A program made the translations under genes and the position numbers. DNA of 64,000 nt, taken from NCBI GenBank assembly GCA_030390025.1, contig CM059431.1, positions 132,992,001 through 133,056,000 of the forward strand, given 5' to 3'. This document shows positions 61,761 to 64,000 of the stretch, piece after piece. Every line of letters starts with the position of its first letter. Position 1 is the stretch's first letter. Source of the stretch: Squalus acanthias. Lineage: Eukaryota. The notes below the pieces were generated by a model that saw only the letters and a list, made by a program, of their open reading frames with translations, was not told the DNA's origin and did not search any database.

Positions 61761-62959
61761 CAATGGCTTTAGGAAAGGAGAGAAGAATATTTGAGCATAA
61801 AAGGAGGAAAGAAAAATAGGATTGCCAGTTAAGATTTCTGAATTAAAGTCAGAAACTTTAGAAATCACTGTTCCTTTAACATTTTCAATGCCATGACAGA
61901 CTTTAGTCACCTATTACAATCGGGAAGAATTAATGGTAAGACTTACCAAATCAGCAAAACTTTTAGCCAACGATCCCCCGCCCCAGAAAACAAAAACTGA
62001 TTCGTTTACTAACTGAAAGAGAGTGGTGTAGAGGTGTTTATGGAAGAGTGTATTCATTAAGCAGCACTTAGGCATGAACTTGTCCTCTTTTGCCAAACTG
62101 AATTTAGGCTAGATCATCTACTGCTGCTTTTAGTTTGTCCTGAGAGGGATATTGTGCCAGCACGTACAGACACACCGGATTCACCAAGATTGGCCACCAG
62201 GAAGGCCTTGTATATAATTGTTGTGAACCAGCTGTGCAAGCACCCCTCTAAGGCTAATTTAAGAGCAAGTACAGAACGAGATCAAAGGTTGAGTCTATTA
62301 ATCATCCATCGTGCTTTTGGTTTAGCAAGACAGATTGGTCCATTATTTTTTATTTAGTAACTGTTTTTCATTTTTTTAATATTTTAAGCTTTCAAAATTC
62401 ATTTTTCATTTAAAAAAAAAATGCTATTTATTCTTTCCCCTCATAATGCCTGTCTATGAATCTAAAAGAACTTTACAAGAGCATTTTGACATTGGCGGAG
62501 TATTCCCAATTGAGTTTGAGTGCCCTTATCAGAAATTTGAGGATCCTCCTGAATCAGATTGCATGATTTAAGTTGGGTGTGGTTTCATATCAGTATGTTT
62601 GTGCTGTGCTGCTTTAGCTCCTACTTTAATATCTTTTTGTTTATAAGCCATCTCAACATAAAATTGTTCAGAGTAATGAAATGAACAATTATATACTGTC
62701 AATTCAGATTTTTCCTCCTAAACTTACAGATGTTCTGAAATTAAAATGTATTGCATGAATTATATGAATTAATTTCTTCAATTTTGAGGGGCGAGTGAAA
62801 ACTCCTTGCTTTAAATGCAAGTTTAATTGTTTAAAACCCTCTTACAGAAATGTACTAGAATAAAGTTAGACTCACAAGTCCACACCTCTTGGTCTCGCAA
62901 ACCAAGTCCCATCTTCTCTAATGAATGAAATTATTGTTATAGAAATTTATAGACAGAAC

Positions 62960-63340
62960 AGCTGCCCTGATGGCTCACTTGGGAAAGGCTGTGCCCAGTG
63001 TGAAATTGAGCCTTGCAGACTAGGGAGGCTGTAGGCCCCTGGTCTGTGCTGTGTTAGTTGATCTCAGCAGAACAACAGTTGGAGTTGTACAATTGGCCTC
63101 ATTGCCCTGCATTAGGTGGAGATAAAATCAGCCAGCATTTCTAATTCTGAGAGTGATCCCTCTTAAAAAATACATATCTGTGGATGTGAGATGAGGACAG
63201 ATTGAGTTTGGCTGTGATACTCCCATGGTCAAATAATCTGGTGACACTTTGTCTGGATTCACACATGAAGACTTGTCATTTGGGGGAGGTACAAAAGGGC
63301 ACCTGGTGCCTGTGGAACCATGTCTCAGCAGGAACCATTA
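62960..63340 (+). repeat. Old SINE-like repeat
   Basis: A-box-like tggctcacttgg. Shared blocks ggtctgtgctg.gttag, aaaatcagccag, ggctgtgatac and cacacatgaaga. Confidence 0.6.
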
Positions 63341-64000
63341 CCTTCAGTCGAAGAAGGGAGAAAATTAGATGGAAAGAAAAAGGAAATTATTGGTGAGGAA
63401 TGCCATTTAGCCTATTTTAACTCATCCATCCAAAAATACACTACAGTCCCTCCCAGTGTTTAAGTGGAATTTGTTAAGAAGAGGTAATTCCCCTCCTCCC
63501 AATTGTTTGTGTAACTTTGATTCCACCCCTGCAATGATTGACACTGACCACAACTTTCAACCCTGCAACCTTTGGACAAGGCGAGCAGCTGCAGCAGGAC
63601 GAGCAGTGAGGGAGATCAGTGGCAGCAGCAAGGCTGATTGGGGGGGGATATCAAGGCCAGTTTCAGGCACTCATCAGCATTGTAGTAACTCCAACAAATC
63701 CATCCAGTATACAGTCCTTCCTGTCAAAATAAATACTCCCTTTAATAAAATAAGGCTGTCCCTGAAATATTATAGCCGATCTTAAGATCAAACCTGGCCT
63801 TCAGTCTAAGCCAACCCTAGTCCTGAGGTCAACCTTAACCATCGGCCCAATTTTAACCTGACCCAGGAGCAGCTTTATTTTGGCCAACAGAAGCAGCAAC
63901 AAAATAGGAGGATTCAACGGCATAGTCAATGGCACAGGCAAAATGTTGAAACGATAAACTTCCCAGCACTAGTAATGGTGCAGGTGTCAGTAAGTCAGAA

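Noticed and set aside
63480..63722. Possible minus-strand exon after the acceptor ttttgacag
   Set aside because: The frame is open but the peptide is unrecognisable, there is no convincing donor, and MITE-like sequence is adjacent.

Overview
Eukaryotic, TE-dominated vertebrate DNA. The repeats (HE1/HER1-type CR1 tails, tRNA-headed DeuSINEs resembling SacSINE1) point to a cartilaginous fish, probably a shark; this is an inference. No host protein-coding exon, rRNA, tRNA gene or CRISPR array could be supported. The window contains: (i) many CR1 LINEs of two families, one near full length with SGNH-esterase ORF1, APE endonuclease and RT; (ii) L2 LINEs and DeuSINEs; (iii) Penelope-like (GIY-YIG) retroelements whose terminal repeats carry minimal type I hammerhead ribozyme motifs, one apparently intact at 51408-51449; (iv) an unusually dense set of PIF/Harbinger DNA transposons. 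Three two-gene Harbinger copies (about 14.5-20.7 kb, 35.7-43.0 kb and 56.1-60.4 kb) pair a HARBI1-like DDE transposase with a convergent three-exon Myb/SANT partner gene. There are also decayed copies and non-autonomous TIR elements (MITEs). A deeply nested insertion stack lies at 11-21 kb. All TE ORFs are frameshifted or truncated. Family names come from motif recognition only; no database search was run.
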